57,139 bases of DNA, filler included, from Sphacelaria rigidula (GCA_964200075.2; 8 parts of 8 records of this genome joined end to end with filler, not necessarily neighbours in it), one strand, 5' to 3'. Shown: positions 24,014 through 37,274, numbered from the whole stretch's first letter. Program-made: numbers and translations. Notes: a model not told the origin generated them from the sequence alone.

Positions 24014-24979
24014 CGCCCACTCGACGGGTCATGTGAGTCTGTCGGTACAGGTTGTGGAGATGTTGGAGCGTCTTCTCCCGGGTGTGCCGCTGCGCATTCC
24101 GTTTTCGGTCAGAGCGCGGCAGGCCGTCACCGCGTCGGGTCAGCATCTTTATGTCACAGAACGTACTGTTCCGCTGCAGCTGACTTTGGTGACTTCCTGG
24201 GGACCGGCGCAGTTGACTCCGATTTCGTTTGCGATTAAGCCGGGGTCGGATGGTGTCATTCTTCTGGGGTTGCCCATGCTTCAGGATATTGGAGTCAACG
24301 CTCGGTGGTTGTGGGACTCCATGAAGACGCGGATGTCTCCGGCTGGTCCGCGCTTGGAGACGCACGCCGTTTTGGGTAGTCGTCGCATGAGCTTGTCGGT
24401 GGATGCTTTTTAGGAGGCGGGAGGGCAGGTGACCGAAGAGCGGGATGCGGCGTGGGAACGCTCGGTAGAGCGCGGCCCGGAGATGACAATGATTCCGGCG
24501 GAAGAGGAGTCCGCTCGAAAAGTCGCGCTGGAGGACAGCGTGACACATACTGGGGCAACAGGCCTCAGCATCTCAAAAACGGAGCGTCTGCGTGGCATAT
24601 TGAATTGCAGCGTCAACGCATTTCGTCGTGCGCTGAGGGGTGATCCCCCCGCGCGCGTGGAGCCCATGGGTGTTCAGCCAACACCTGGGGCGTCCGCGGT
24701 GAAGATGAAGCCGCGGCGGTACAATCCAGTGAAGTCGAGTTGGTTGGCGTTGTGCATGGCGACGTTTTTGGCGCTCGGGTTAGTGTTACGGAATATGCAG
24801 GCGGGGTGGTCCAGTCCGGATATGGCGTTTCCGAAGAAGGCGGCATCGTGGACGGAGGGCAGACTGCAGGCGTGGGCGGCAGCGAAGGATCTGGTGGCTC
24901 ATGCCGTGACGCTGTTCCATCCTCGTTCTGACTGCCAGGTGCTCATGTTTCCGATTCATCTGACTACCATTGGGGTAGT

Positions 24980-26615
24980 TTGGTCATGCTGGTGCCTACA
25001 GTTGAAATTCAAATGCCTGTGTGCGCTGTGGCTGTGTATGATCCGTGTGAACCTGATGACTCGATGCCGTTCCAATCTGTTGTCCGCCAAGCGCAACAAA
25101 AAGACCTTGGGGCCGAAGATGCAGATGTGCAATCTTTCGAGTCGGACGTTGGTACTGCTATCTTGGACAATGAAGGTCTGTTTCGTGTGCATGTGCGTGG
25201 CCGAAACGGTTTGTGGATTCCGAGTTCTGACAAGCAGTTGCAGGTACGTCTGATGATTTGCGCGCACATGCGCGACGCCGGGCATCGTGGTGTGGCTGCG
25301 ACGCTCGTGCGCTTGCAAGAGTTCTGTGTCTGGCGGGGGATAGAAACTCATGTGCGCGAATTTGTCCGCCAGTGTCTTCACTGTGCTGATTCGAGGGCGG
25401 GCGATGTTGTTCCCCGCCCGCTCGGCAAAACGGTCCATGGGACCACGCCGAATGAAATCGTTCAATGTGACTTCTTGTTCATGGGCGAGAGTGGCCCGCT
25501 AGCTTTCCAAGGTTTGTCGGAGGATGCTGGGTTCCGATACATTAGGGTAATCATGGATGATTTGAGCTACTTTGTGGCCCTGGAAAGAGTAGCAGTGTGT
25601 ACTGCTGAATCGGCCGCTGCACCTTTGCTGAATTAGTGCAAAACGTTAAGGGTGCCGTGTGTGTGGGTTAGTGATACCGCCACGCATTTCAAGAATGCAA
25701 TCTTGGCCCGATTGCGGGAGGCTTTGCGGGTTGATCACCAGTTTGCGGTAGCGTATTCTCTGTGGTCTAACGGTACGTGCGAACGCATGGTCAAGGAGGT
25801 AGTTCGTGCTCTTCGCTCTATTCTTCTCGAGCAGCGTAGAGCGGTCTTTGAGTGGGTGGATATATTGCCTGCGGTGCAATGGGCGCTAAATACAGCGTAT
25901 CGCCGACGGTACGATAGTACACCGTACCACGTGTTGTTTAGTCATGCTTCTCGGACGTCTTTCTCGGTGTTGGCGTTTTCGTCGGCGGGGGAATGGAAGT
26001 GTGATGTTCTGGACGATATTCAAATTAAGAGTGCATTGCAACTTGGGACTTGCAGGAACGTTTCCACGTTCAAGTGCAGAAACGTGTTGCCGCTGAACGT
26101 GCTCGTAGACGGAGGGGGTCCTTGTCGGAGCTGGAATCACCGAATTTCGAGGTTGGCGGCTATGTCTTGTATGCACGCGTGCGTCGTCCGGGTGTTACGC
26201 CCAAGTTGATGGCGACGTGGACTGGTTCATGGAGAGTGGTTAGTGCTCACCACCTGCACGTGTTTGAGATTTAGAACATTGTGTCGGGTCGTGCTCAGAC
26301 CGTCCATGTAGCTCGTTTGCGTTTCATGCAGACTCGCCGCTTAATGTTACGGCTGACGTTGCGGACGTGTTTCAGCATGCTTTCAATCCGGGGCAATTGC
26401 AGATGGCTGGTATTTTCCGAGTGGCAGAAGCAGATGATCGTTCGTTGATAGTGTTGGTCGACTGGGTTGGTTTCGAAGTTGAGGAGCGTACGTGGGAGCT
26501 TTTCAAGGATATTTTTGAGGCCGCTCCGGAGTTTCTTATGAAGGAGTTCCATAAATTACGCGTGACTCATGGCGTTGCTGTTCGCATTTCGAGTGAGTTT
26601 GGTATTCAATTGTGA
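24980..26615 (+). pseudogene. Integrase plus chromodomain of gypsy element (stops and frameshifts)
   Basis: ORFs 24980, 25652, 26050, 26367: HHCC finger, catalytic core, KLMATWTGSW (GPY/F-like), chromodomain. Confidence 0.9.
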
Positions 26616-26689
26616 CTTACTCATCGTTTTGGCGTTTTCTGTGTGTCAAGCTTGTTGATCGATTTTCGTCCAACGCGCTTCGGGGGTGT

Positions 26690-26938
26690 TGTGACGAGGT
26701 TATGCCGTTACGTTGAGTTGATAGTGATGATCTGGATTATGACCGTTGGAAGTGATGATCTGGATTATGACCGGGGACACTAGGTTGATACCCTGGCGTG
26801 TCTAGGAGGCTGTGCCTACGAGAGCACTCCTGAATGATGAGAATGTTGTAAAGGCTGACAACTGAAACTGAGGCGAGTAAGACTGGCGAGTTCCTCAACA
26901 GCAGTGATCCAGCAGCTCTTCCACTGGCTGGCGTCACA
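26690..26938 (+). repeat. 3' LTR of gypsy element (with a 28-bp internal tandem duplication)
   Basis: agtgatgatctggattatgaccg occurs twice. 249 bp versus 221 bp for the 5' LTR. Confidence 0.95.
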
Positions 26939-27131
26939 GCTCATTGGTCGCTTTCAAGTCCAAAATAACGAATATTTCGACTCTAATTTGGCGCCAAGTC
27001 GAATCCGCTTGACGCAAACCCAGCGACGAAAATACATGGCTCCACATGATGAACCGTTTCTGTCACATTCTGACGATAACGACCCTAAGCGAAATCCCGG
27101 TCCAAGGCATGTAATGGACCCTCCACAGGTG

Positions 27132-27489
27132 ACCATTCGGCTCCTGCTTGAAATCCTCTATCGTGATTTTCATCCTTCGGAGGGCCAAATGGCCCTCCTT
27201 TTGGATGAAATGCTATCTGGTGGTTCATGATGCCTCTGGAGTGGACAGTAAACGAAGCCGCCAGAGAGCAAACGATTTCCTTGAGCACATAATTTTACGG
27301 GGCATTCCTCTGGGGAAAACTTGGGGAAACAAAACTCTCGAGGGTGTCAATTTACCTCTGAATTTCGCACATCAAACCTCTGGACGACACTTGAACCACC
27401 AGATAGCATTTCATCCAAAAGGAGGGCCATGATTCCCTCCAGAGGATGGGAATCACGATAGAGGATTTTCAAATAGGAGCGGAATGGCC
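27132..27489. mobile_element. MITE with ~95-bp TIRs
   Basis: ccattcggctcctgcttgaaatcctctatcgtg...ctggtggttca versus tgaaccaccag...gaggattttcaaataggagcggaatgg. Confidence 0.8.
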
Positions 27490-27772
27490 GCGGGTGTCGG
27501 CTGACGGGGTGCAGAGGGTTTACCGTGCAACGTGTGCGTTGGCAGAGATCCATGTGCTTCAAGAAGCGTGCTACGCACGCTGAGCGGCTTCTGAGACTGT
27601 GACCCCGACGGTTCAAGGCTTACATTTCGTTAGAATCGAGGCTCGCGTTACAGCTGCGGTTAGCTCGGGTCGGATTGGTGAATTGTAATTGATCAAGGGA
27701 AAGCCTCGTAGAGGACTGGCCCTGGACAAGGGAATGTGTAGTAACTTCTTGTATTCAACTCTGACTGCATCC

Positions 27773-28292
27773 GTCCCATAAGTAAAGGTACCTAAATATG
27801 TTCGGACCCTTAACGATGTCCGATCATTTTTTTGTTTTTTACTGAACTCTACGGTGTTTTTTGGGTCAAGAAAATGTGTTTAAACCTTGCAGCTCGTGCT
27901 TGAACCATGCCGCCGAACGGCTGCAAAAACAGTAGTCGGCCCAGAAATGGCCGTTTTTTGCCTCTTGCCGAGGGGAAAAGAAGTGTCGAAATTTAATTTT
28001 GACTTCTTTTTCAATCGGGTGGGATTTCCTGGCAGCAAGCCCCAGTGAAGACGGGGGCGATTAAAAAAAAATACTAAAAAAAATCGACACTTTTTTTCCC
28101 CTCGGAAAGGGGCAAAAAACGGCCGTTTTTTGGCCGACTACTTTTTTTGCAGCCGTTCGGCGGCACGGTTCAAGCACGAGCTGCAAATTTGAAACACATT
28201 TTCTCAACCCAAAAAACACCGTAGAGTTCATTGGAAAAAAAAAACGGACATCGTTGAGGGCCTGTACACTTAGGTACCTTCATTTATGGGAC
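27773..28292. mobile_element. Fold-back MITE with ~240-bp TIRs
   Basis: gtcccataagtaaaggtaccta...taggtaccttcatttatgggac with long complementary arms. Confidence 0.87.
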
Positions 28293-28776
28293 AGTGGAAG
28301 TATACCCTTTTACTCACCAAACATCAACCGCGCAAGCTCTACCCGAGCTGCTTTCTGTCACCCCGAAATGAGTCATCCTACGATAGGGGGGGGGGGAATT
28401 TTGGGTAATTTGTTGCTTCAAATTTGGAGTCAGATAGTCGTTGCAAGCAGCAACGGTTGTTCGAACAAGCTTGTTGTGGATCAATAACGCTTATCCATAC
28501 TGCGTGACACCGTTTGGAACCNNNNNNNNNNNNNNNNNNNNNNNNNNNNNNNNNNNNNNNNNNNNTTAATTAATTAANNNNNNNNNNNNNNNNNNNNNNN
28601 NNNNNNNNNNNNNNNNNNNNNTGATTGAGTGCGAGCCGGGTCGCGCAAAAACCCGCCGTGTGCCGCACCTGCTTTATAGGGATGCGAGGTCAATGGTCTT
28701 ATGACTATGGCATGCATGATCATGAGTACACACCCCTGTGGTAGGATGGCTCTTTAGTATGCTTACACGTGCTTAC

Positions 28777-28869
28777 CCATCGTGTTACATTGGCGCTCAT
28801 GCCTTGATCAAGAAAAAACTTCACCCTTCCGACGTCATCGGCCCGTGCTGCTAGCCAAATATCCCCCAT
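28777..28869 (-). CDS. First coding exon of an ankyrin-repeat protein
   Basis: ATG...TGG|gtaagc, 93 nt. MGDIWLAARADDVGRVKFFLDQGMSANVTRW fits the ankyrin consensus (AA..G.. V..LL..G.dvN). Confidence 0.75.
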
Positions 28870-30191
28870 TGATCGAAGCTCTTGTTCCACCAACACCGGG
28901 CCAGCGAGACGATACACAAGGATAGGTATACAGAGAGATGGAAGTTGATAAAAAGCTACGGGGCGGGAGGTGCATGAGTAGCGAGTGCAATATTGAAACA
29001 CATACCATGGGAGCTGCCATGCCGCTGCCATTCGACAAACTGCTGCTGGCTATCGTTCACTCTTCAACACCGTTGTTACGTTGTGAAGTTATTCCATATT
29101 TGTAAACACAACACATGCACTATTATAGCACGCAAATATACACACCGATATCTGAGCGCACCGAGCAGCCCTTGGGCGATTTGCTCTCGGGGGTAGAAAT
29201 AGACACAAGAACAGGAGTTGTACAGTAGGATGAACGAAGTACGGTACAGTACTGCGGTACACACACAGGTGCAGAACGCAACAGTGTAGTGCTGTACCAT
29301 GTTTTTTTTTATATAAACGTCCAACTGTCATGGAATGCTGTGAGCCAGCGGTGTGGCGGATGAAGAGTACTACGGAACGCACGCAAGTGCAGCACACAAC
29401 AGCGTGCTGAGGAGTTCAGCAATGATCTATACTTTGAACGAGAGTCCTGAATATGGGCATCAGGAGTAATACATCTGCTGTTGCCCGTCGGGACGATATT
29501 TGGCGTGACTGTTCCTCTGGAATGGAGCGACTGCCGTGCGAACTTCCCGCTCGGTAGCGGTGTTTTCTTCCTCCTCACATGTGTTTGGCCGTTTACATTC
29601 GTGGTGGGTGTTCGTGGGACGACCCATCGTATGCGTCGGCGCTGTAGAAACGTTCGTTACAGAAGAGCCAACTGTAACGGCATCCAGGCGATATTCAGCA
29701 AAAAGCGGATCGAGAACTCGTGGTGCGAAAATTCGAGACAATTTTCATCATCAGAAATATGAAAATACAAATAAATAAATAAATAAATAAATAAAAACTC
29801 TGAAAAAAGCCTATTGAGAGCTATTTTGTTCGGCGGTTCAGCGCGAACTTCATGCCGTAGTAAAGTAAAAGCATAGGCCTTTGAGAATTGTGCCACCCGG
29901 AAAATTCCTTCTGTACTTTCCGACCTTATTCGTACGCCCGTTCTGAATCCTGGCCGGAAAAAACGATTTGTCAAACACCCCACGAAAACCTTCGACGTCT
30001 CTCCTAGGAAACACATGCCGACGATCTCAGGAAGTACCATCGTATCATGTTTTTTCTCAGAGAAACACGGTAGTAGTCTTTTTGGGGTTTGGTTGAGAAA
30101 CCGTTTGTCCGGCCAGAAGTCAACTGGGCCCACGGAAGATCGGGAAAAGTGTGCTGGGATCCTCCCAGAGGATACAGCAAAAACTCTTCCT

Positions 30192-30402
30192 AGAGGTATC
30201 TCAAACTCGGCTCCCGGTATCCTGGTTTGTTCGCTGGCTCTGAGTCGTGTACTATTTTTTCAAGTGAATGTGATCGTGATCCATAGGAGGACCTGACCTG
30301 ACAGTGAAAGGGTCTCACCGTCTGATGAATCGCCATCACGTTCACTTGAAAAAATATAACAAAACAAATCAGGATACCGGGAGCAGAGTTCGAGATACCT
30401 CT
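30192..30402. mobile_element. Short MITE with 3-bp TSD (cct)
   Basis: agaggtatctcaaactcggctcccggtatcctg...caggataccgggagcagagttcgagatacctct, cct on both flanks. Confidence 0.8.
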
Positions 30403-32762
30403 CCTGAGGTGACACCGTCCATCGAATCCCATATGCCGGCGGAAATCGGCACTGAACCGCCAACATAGATTTGTTTTGGAGAGATTTTTTCCCGTCGGAG
30501 CACAACAAGAAACGGCCTCGAACGATTTTGGTCCCTTGGTCCTATGCCAAGCAAGGACCTCGCACGAATAAACGACAGGATGGTACTGCCTACATATGTA
30601 TGGCGTCCACAACTACCGTAAGTACCCTTCTCGTGACCTTTCCATGACACGGAGGGGCAGTCGACATGGCAAGGGCGTGATCGACGCGGTAACTATTATT
30701 GTTTTTTACTGCGCTTTTAGAAGATCTCCATGGTCACCAACAACATTAAAAAAAAAAAAATAGATACTATTTATTGGCTGAAGTCACCTGACTGAAAAAA
30801 AAAAAACAGCTGTTCGGAATGCAATAGCAGCAGGATGTACAAACAATATCAAATGTTGAAATGCTCAAGCAGAAAATAGATGAAGGGGCTGTTTGGCGCC
30901 TGGCTTCATTTCAATGTATATCTATGTTCACAACCACACGGTGTGTTACCACGAACGAGCAACTACCTGCTTCATCATGCTGTATTCTTCCGTTGCATCT
31001 GCGCGGACTGGTGTGTTAGGTCATGCATATCTTTCAGATTTCTCGCTCTCTTGGATATTTGCTGTTGGCGAAGTCATCAACGGCAATAAATCGCTGTCGA
31101 ACAAAACACTCCGAAGCTCAGTGCAAAGTTTGTACCATGTTTGTTTTTCTGTCAGCTTTTGCTCAGCTACACACCACACCACGCGCTGTAGACATCACCT
31201 GCCGTGTAGACGGTACGGCAGCGTACACTCGTAGTATTACAGCAGGCAGCTACACTGAAGGTCGCTACTGTTTTCGTTCTACTCTCCACCTTGAAAGAAA
31301 GTCAACTACTCCGCATGTCCGCAGAACGGCGACCGCACTTGATCCCAACAGCACATCCACTGCTGCCGACACACACAGCATCAAAGAGGACTGTACGAAG
31401 GGTATCCGGGGGATGTGCATACATTAGCTTTCTCTATTGTTCGATGCGGTGCCGATATTGTGCCTGAAGTATATGCACTATAGTGATGCACATCTCTCCG
31501 AGCAGACCGCAAAATCGCCATTCAACCACCCTGCGACTCACACGGCTGCGCAATCAACTCGACCGCTCCGCCGCACCTTTGTGCCATACTTCCCTCCTCT
31601 GCGCGATACAATTGGCTGTGTATATCAATGCACTTCAATGATTTTCTATTTTGAGGCGTCTTACAGATCATGACACTAAAAACTAAGACTCAAGTACGTT
31701 TAATCAAGCTGCGCACTTCAATGCATAGGTTACACTATGTGTGCGGAGCCCCACCGGCAGGATTTACCGTAATTGTTTTTGGCGGGCAGGTTTTCTTACT
31801 TCGCCGGTGCCGGCAGTTCTACGCCGGCTGTGCGATCCCCAGCCTACACACAAGGGCTTTGAACATCTTATCTTCTTTTGGGATCCCATTTGTGGTCCAA
31901 ATTTGTCAGTTGCACCCAAATCATATAATCAGCTCCGAACACGCTACATTATATTTTGCCTTGAAATCAATCACTCAATTTGGGCAGTAGCGGGAGGCAC
32001 CTGAAACCTTGCTTTATCTCACTTCGCAAGTCTTCATGTGCAAAAATGTGTGAATGTTCTAAAACAAATTTTGGGCATACACTGGAGTACTAGGAAGGCA
32101 TCGCGGTAGCAAGTGTCTGCAGGTCCAGATGGCTTCTTCTATGGGACTTGCTCGTCGACCCCAAACTATTGAGAGGTACCCGAGTGCGTACTTATCTCGT
32201 GTCGGCAGACCCTTGACCCGAGAAGCGCTCGCTAGAACTGTGGCCGACTGGTGCTTCGTGGTGAGGTCGTAAAATAGTAGCAATATGAGACAAGTCACAA
32301 GATTGCAAAATCGTTGTGTCTCATATTGATTGCTGGTGCTAGTGCCTGAGGACTAGATTGGAAAAGGGAGTGATTGCCGAGGGCTTGTCTGCCCCTGATT
32401 CTCGAAGCTAGATCACGACATATCGCTAATCCTCGAGAAGTTAGAGAAATACACAACGCGGCCTCGGGACCGGGCCAGTTTCACGGACCGATCCTCAACA
32501 ATTCTCCGCGTCCCGGTGTTCCAATGTTACAACGCAGTTCTTAGATCGAGAGAATGCAGGATCGATTGCCGGGAGCAGATGGATTTTAAATCTTCTGTTT
32601 AAAACGTATCTAATTTCCGTCAAGACGTTGGGACATGGGTTGCAAAGCGGGCTTGTTTAACAAGAGTCGACGCGGCGCGGGAGTACTCCATCCGCAATAC
32701 AACATCTGCCGTGCACCTGTACCCAAGGGATACCGCAATAGCTCCCCCCAGAAACGTGGGTG

Positions 32763-32765
<3 letters not shown>

Positions 32766-32812
<47 letters not shown>

Positions 32813-33260
32813 TGTCGTCTCATTTATGCTGGGCGCCGGTCTACACCTTTCGGTATATGTGGTGGGCGCACCAGCCGGGGTCACACAGGAGGAAGCAACA
32901 CAGGAGCTTTTTCTTTTTTTACTTGTTTTTGTGCCCCCCCTTTCTTCTGCGGTGCTTGCCCTTTTTTTATCGCGAGAGGAGTTTAGCAGTCCCTTTCCCT
33001 CGTCGACGGTTAACCCTTCGACCGCGAGATTAGCCTTTCTGGATCATGCATACTTTTTTTCAGTTGAAATTGATGCCAATTCAACAGAAGACTAACCTCG
33101 CGGTCTAAGGGTCAAGTCAAAATTTGTGTACCCACGACATAGTCGCTCTCCACGGTTGGGCATTGTGTGAGAAAAAATCCCAGATAGCTCCGAGAATTGA
33201 ACCCACGACCCAACCATCAGAAGGTCTCGAAGTTACCAACTGAGCCACCGGAGCGACTGG
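32766..33260 (-). mobile_element. Full-length tRNA-derived SINE with (AC)n tail
   Basis: Minus strand A box TGGCTCAGTTGG, B box GGTTCAATTCT, body homologous to 41326-41690, tail seen as (TG)n at 32766-32810. Confidence 0.88.
33014..33111. mobile_element. 98-bp piggyBac-type MITE inserted in the SINE
   Basis: ttaa|cccttcgaccgcgagattag...ctaacctcgcggtctaaggg|tcaa. Empty site with a single ttaa in the SINE copy at ~41544. Confidence 0.85.
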
Positions 33261-35481
33261 GTTGTGAAGGTACGATATTTGTTTGAATCACCATGACCAA
33301 AGCCGAGCAACCGAGCAGCTGGGAACTCCCGCACTTGATTTTTTCACCGGTGTCACTCATTTGAGGCGCTTCATGCAGTATGAAAGCAGCTATCATGTGC
33401 TGTATGGCTATTTTCTTCGTGACTTTTTTTAGGCTGGTTTGGGCGTGGGGGAGCACTGTCGCGACATCACTCATCCATCATGAATTTGTACGCTGTGGTG
33501 GGTAGCAGAGTCGAGCTTCTTCCGCGATGGTATTGGGGAGTTATACTAGTAATATAAAGGATAGTTACTTTGCAATTGCCTGTGTCAACGAGAGAAAAGA
33601 TACTCGCGTGTGCGAGGATCCACGGCCAACCCAGAAACGCTCAGAATGACCATAATTCATGGTTGGATAGCTCCCGGTGATTTGCGAGGACCCTTACCCA
33701 ATCGCACGGAAATTGTGCTGTGCGCCATACGGCTACTCGCGGTATGTGTAATGGTGATGTATTTGTCGCACACCACCGTGCTGTACTGTTGTCCGTGTCT
33801 AGTCTGTACTGAAAGCACTGTTGTTACAAACCCATGCTCAAAATTATCTGGTACGCACCTGCAAGCGAGCGAGAACAAACAAGCGTACCTTGGACGTCCT
33901 ACACAGTATGATGTGCACAGAACACGTAAATATATTTCACCGCCTCGTGGGCATCATGACGATGGATCCTGCGATTGAAGGTATTTTCACCATGCCATGG
34001 ACAGGAAAATAATGGGATGGATCAGGGCTACTGCTTCGACAGCGGGAGAACGAAAACGCGGCGCAATCGAACCAACATCTAATCCGTTTTCAGAATTAGA
34101 TTATGACAATTTCCAAAATTGCGTACTGTACCATGGTCACATTCCATCTCCCATCGTGATCCCACCGAGAAGCTATTTTTTCTGTGCGCTTTCTCGAGCG
34201 CGAAGCAAAGCCCATAGCTGGAGAGAAAAAAGGAAGCGAAGGAAGGTGGAAGGAGGAGAAGAGGCACCATACCCAGGTTCGTGTGTATGTTCCATCCTCT
34301 CTGTGCTTTGCAAGCCGGTGCTTTACCGCGGTGGGTCGCTGTGCACAAGATTCCAAAGCAACGGGCAGCGGAAGGTCGACTTGGAGTTGCGTCCCTTCAT
34401 TGATCCAAGTCTCCGCGCTGCTTCAAACGTACATATGATACCACTCCGAGAGTACGGATGCAAAGAGAAGCTCGAACACTGCACTAGTCCTCGCACAGCA
34501 AGTTCTGTCGGCATCCGGTGCGAACAGCACAATGGGCACCCATATTCTTTTTTTGCGTATGTACGTATCTACATGGACATGTCAGTTGGGTGACACAACG
34601 AACCACAGGACTGTCAGTACACCACGGCCATCTCGATATACAGTATCATAGTAGCACTTGAACCAGCCTGATTTCCTGCTACACTAGAGAGAGAGTACCT
34701 GGTGCTCGCACAATTGGCGGGGGGAAAGTCTCGAAGAAAATACAGCAACAACAGTAGCCCGTTGTGTACGAATTGTGTAACTATGCCGTCTGCATTGCAC
34801 GGACGACTACCAGTTCAGACAGTCCCGTGGCAGACAGTATCATATGGTACTGTACATGAAAGCAAGCTACACGATTTCAAGAAAAATATGCCCAACACGG
34901 AGGGCACGTGGCTGACCTGCACCAAAAAATAAAAACAAGGGCAACGAACCAAAATGCCGCGAACAAGGCAATCCCAGCGCAGCATGCAATTGTCTTTGAA
35001 CCGAACGCATGGTGCTTGCAACGGTGATACCACACTCCGCTGTGTGTGCTCTTGCTGTCCTCTGCCTTGCCCTGTGCTACTGTTGTTGTCCTCTAAAGCG
35101 AGAGTGAGTTTTCCTCTCCCAGCTATCCTTGTCCTGCAATAGGTGTACGTTGTATACCACCACCCTCCCGAAAACACTCCGCGTCGGCTGGAGCACCTAT
35201 TGTAGTACTGCATTGTTCTGCAATACAATGCAATGCAACGGCGAGGCGATCGCGTTCTTCCTGTTCACGCTCAGTACAGTATCTCTGTTACTACTGTTGT
35301 CTGCTTCTCACATTATCTGATTATACGTTGCATAACACCCCTACCCCATCCTCCGGCGCCCGAAATACCCGTTTCGCAGTTTGTACTCACTGTGCTGTGC
35401 TAAACTGTACAGTACAAGTATATAACAAAGAACGGATTGCGAGGGTGGGGCAGAAGCTGCTGACGGTGAGCGGCGCCAAGA

Positions 35482-35579
35482 ATGCAGCTAATCGAGGCGC
35501 CGACACCGATTGTGCTCCTCGGCGGCCTGTTGGTGATGGCCTTGAGCGCGCACTACATGACGGCTCGCAGTAAAACAGG
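35482..35579 (+). CDS. Probable first exon of a protein with N-terminal signal or membrane anchor
   Basis: ATG...GG|gtgagt. MQLIEAPTPIVLLGGLLVMALSAHYMTARSKT(G). Below the ORF-track cutoff. Confidence 0.55.
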
Positions 35580-37274
35580 GTGAGTCAGGAGTGCCCAAAA
35601 AAAATCCTCCGAGACCTTATGTAACCCCCCCCCCTCCCCCCCTCCCCGCCCGCCGCGGGTCGTGGGATTTTTTTTTNNNNNNNNNNNNNNNNNNNNNNNN
35701 NNNNNNNNNNNNNNNNNNNNTTAATTAATTAANNNNNNNNNNNNNNNNNNNNNNNNNNNNNNNNNNNNNNNNNNNNCCCATCTTAATCTTACAAAAAAAA
35801 AAACAAAAAAGAAGTTTTATAACCCCCCATCCATCTTGATATCGAACAGGAAAACACACCCCCCCCCCCCCCCAAGGGCTACGAAATTGAGACAGAATCT
35901 GTGTAATACCAAAGGTGTCACTTTTCGGCTCCCTTGCCCCACAACATCCCGGGCAGATGGCATGCATGAATCGAACCCGCGGTAGAGCACCATGATAACA
36001 TATTTATGCTGCTCAACCACTACTTGACAACCATCACTTTCGGAAGTATATCTCAAAACGGATGTTTAGAAACACCACGCGCCAGGCTCGGTCCACTCCG
36101 TATGCCCCGTCCGAAAAGAATTCAGCGCCACTGGTTGAAGGAGAAATGTGTGCAAGAGGAGGAGAGGACCGAGGAGAAAAAACGTTGCTCGAAGTCAGGT
36201 ACATCATCTACGAAATACTCGACAAATTAGACACAGCTGAACTACCGTTGCCCCATCCTATACAAGTAGCCACTCAAGAGAGAGCCTTCGCTGAGACGAG
36301 AGAACAAATACTCTGCGCGGGACGGTGGAATCTTCCCCATTAGCAACCACAAGACGGGCAATTCGGAAAACGGGGACGAGCTGGGCCAGCAATCCACATC
36401 CTGGACGAAAGGTCATGTTGCAAAAAAGTCTACTGCGTACCGTATGGAATTCGTCGTCTGCTGCAATAGGCGTAATAGTCGATACCGCGCACGGTACCCT
36501 TTTTGACAGTGTATTCTTTTGTCCACAGTGTGCAGCAATCAAGGCGCAAATTTCGGTTCAGCCATTATGCGGTGGCCAATGTTCGCAGTGATGCCGGTTC
36601 TTGCGGTTCGTATATTTTTGGACTCGTATTCTTCACTTGTGAGACACTTGACGCGAGTTTGGCCGCGGAACAGAGACTATCGCCATCCACGTCTTAGACA
36701 CTTTCCGATTCACACGGCTCGGATGTTATGAGAACGGCCTCAGGATAAGAATACAACTGAAGAACAAAAAGCAGTGTCTGCACTTATTTTCACGCGAAGG
36801 CTCGGAGTCTTCGAGAACGGCCTCAGGACAAAAATACGGCTGTGAAAAAACCCCGATGTGTGCCGGAATTTTCCCAGAAATATATTTGCAGACAATGCAT
36901 TTTTTCCGAGCCGCATTTTCGTTCGAAGGCCGTTCTCGAAACCTCCGACTCGTGCGAATCGGAACAATGGGATCGGCTCCTCTAGGTGGGGCGATGCGGA
37001 ATGTCCAAGACATGTGATGGCGACGGTCTCTGTTTTGCGGGCAAAAACCGTGTCAAATATGACAGAGGTAGAAAACACGAGCCCCCAAAAAATCCAACCG
37101 TAGACAACGGCCATACGAGGTGAAATTTTGTCACGATGTTATTTCCATCAATATGCAGAGATTCAGGGGAGCAGCAACGGGAAAATGAAAAAACAAAACT
37201 CACAAACTTCACTGAGATGAGTACAGCCCACTTGTTTCATTCCCCCACCACCTGCCGTGCGACCGTAGCACACA

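Larger units (their letters stand above)
22499..26938 (+). mobile_element. Ty3/gypsy chromodomain-bearing LTR retrotransposon, internally deleted (no RT core or RNase H core)
   Basis: LTRs 22499-22719 and 26690-26938 (TG...CA), 4-bp TSD GCTC, G-rich PPT cgggggtgt. Gag knuckle CHCCSQVGHYARDC, protease-like region ending ILLGLP, integrase H-H/CLHC plus core (VSDTATHFKN, NGTCER), chromodomain VLVDWVGFEVEERTWE. Confidence 0.95.

Noticed and set aside
33175..33260. Apparent tRNA gene (also 21315-21366 and 41605-41690)
   Set aside because: Cloverleaf stems pair poorly and each full copy continues into a shared body and tail, so these are SINE heads
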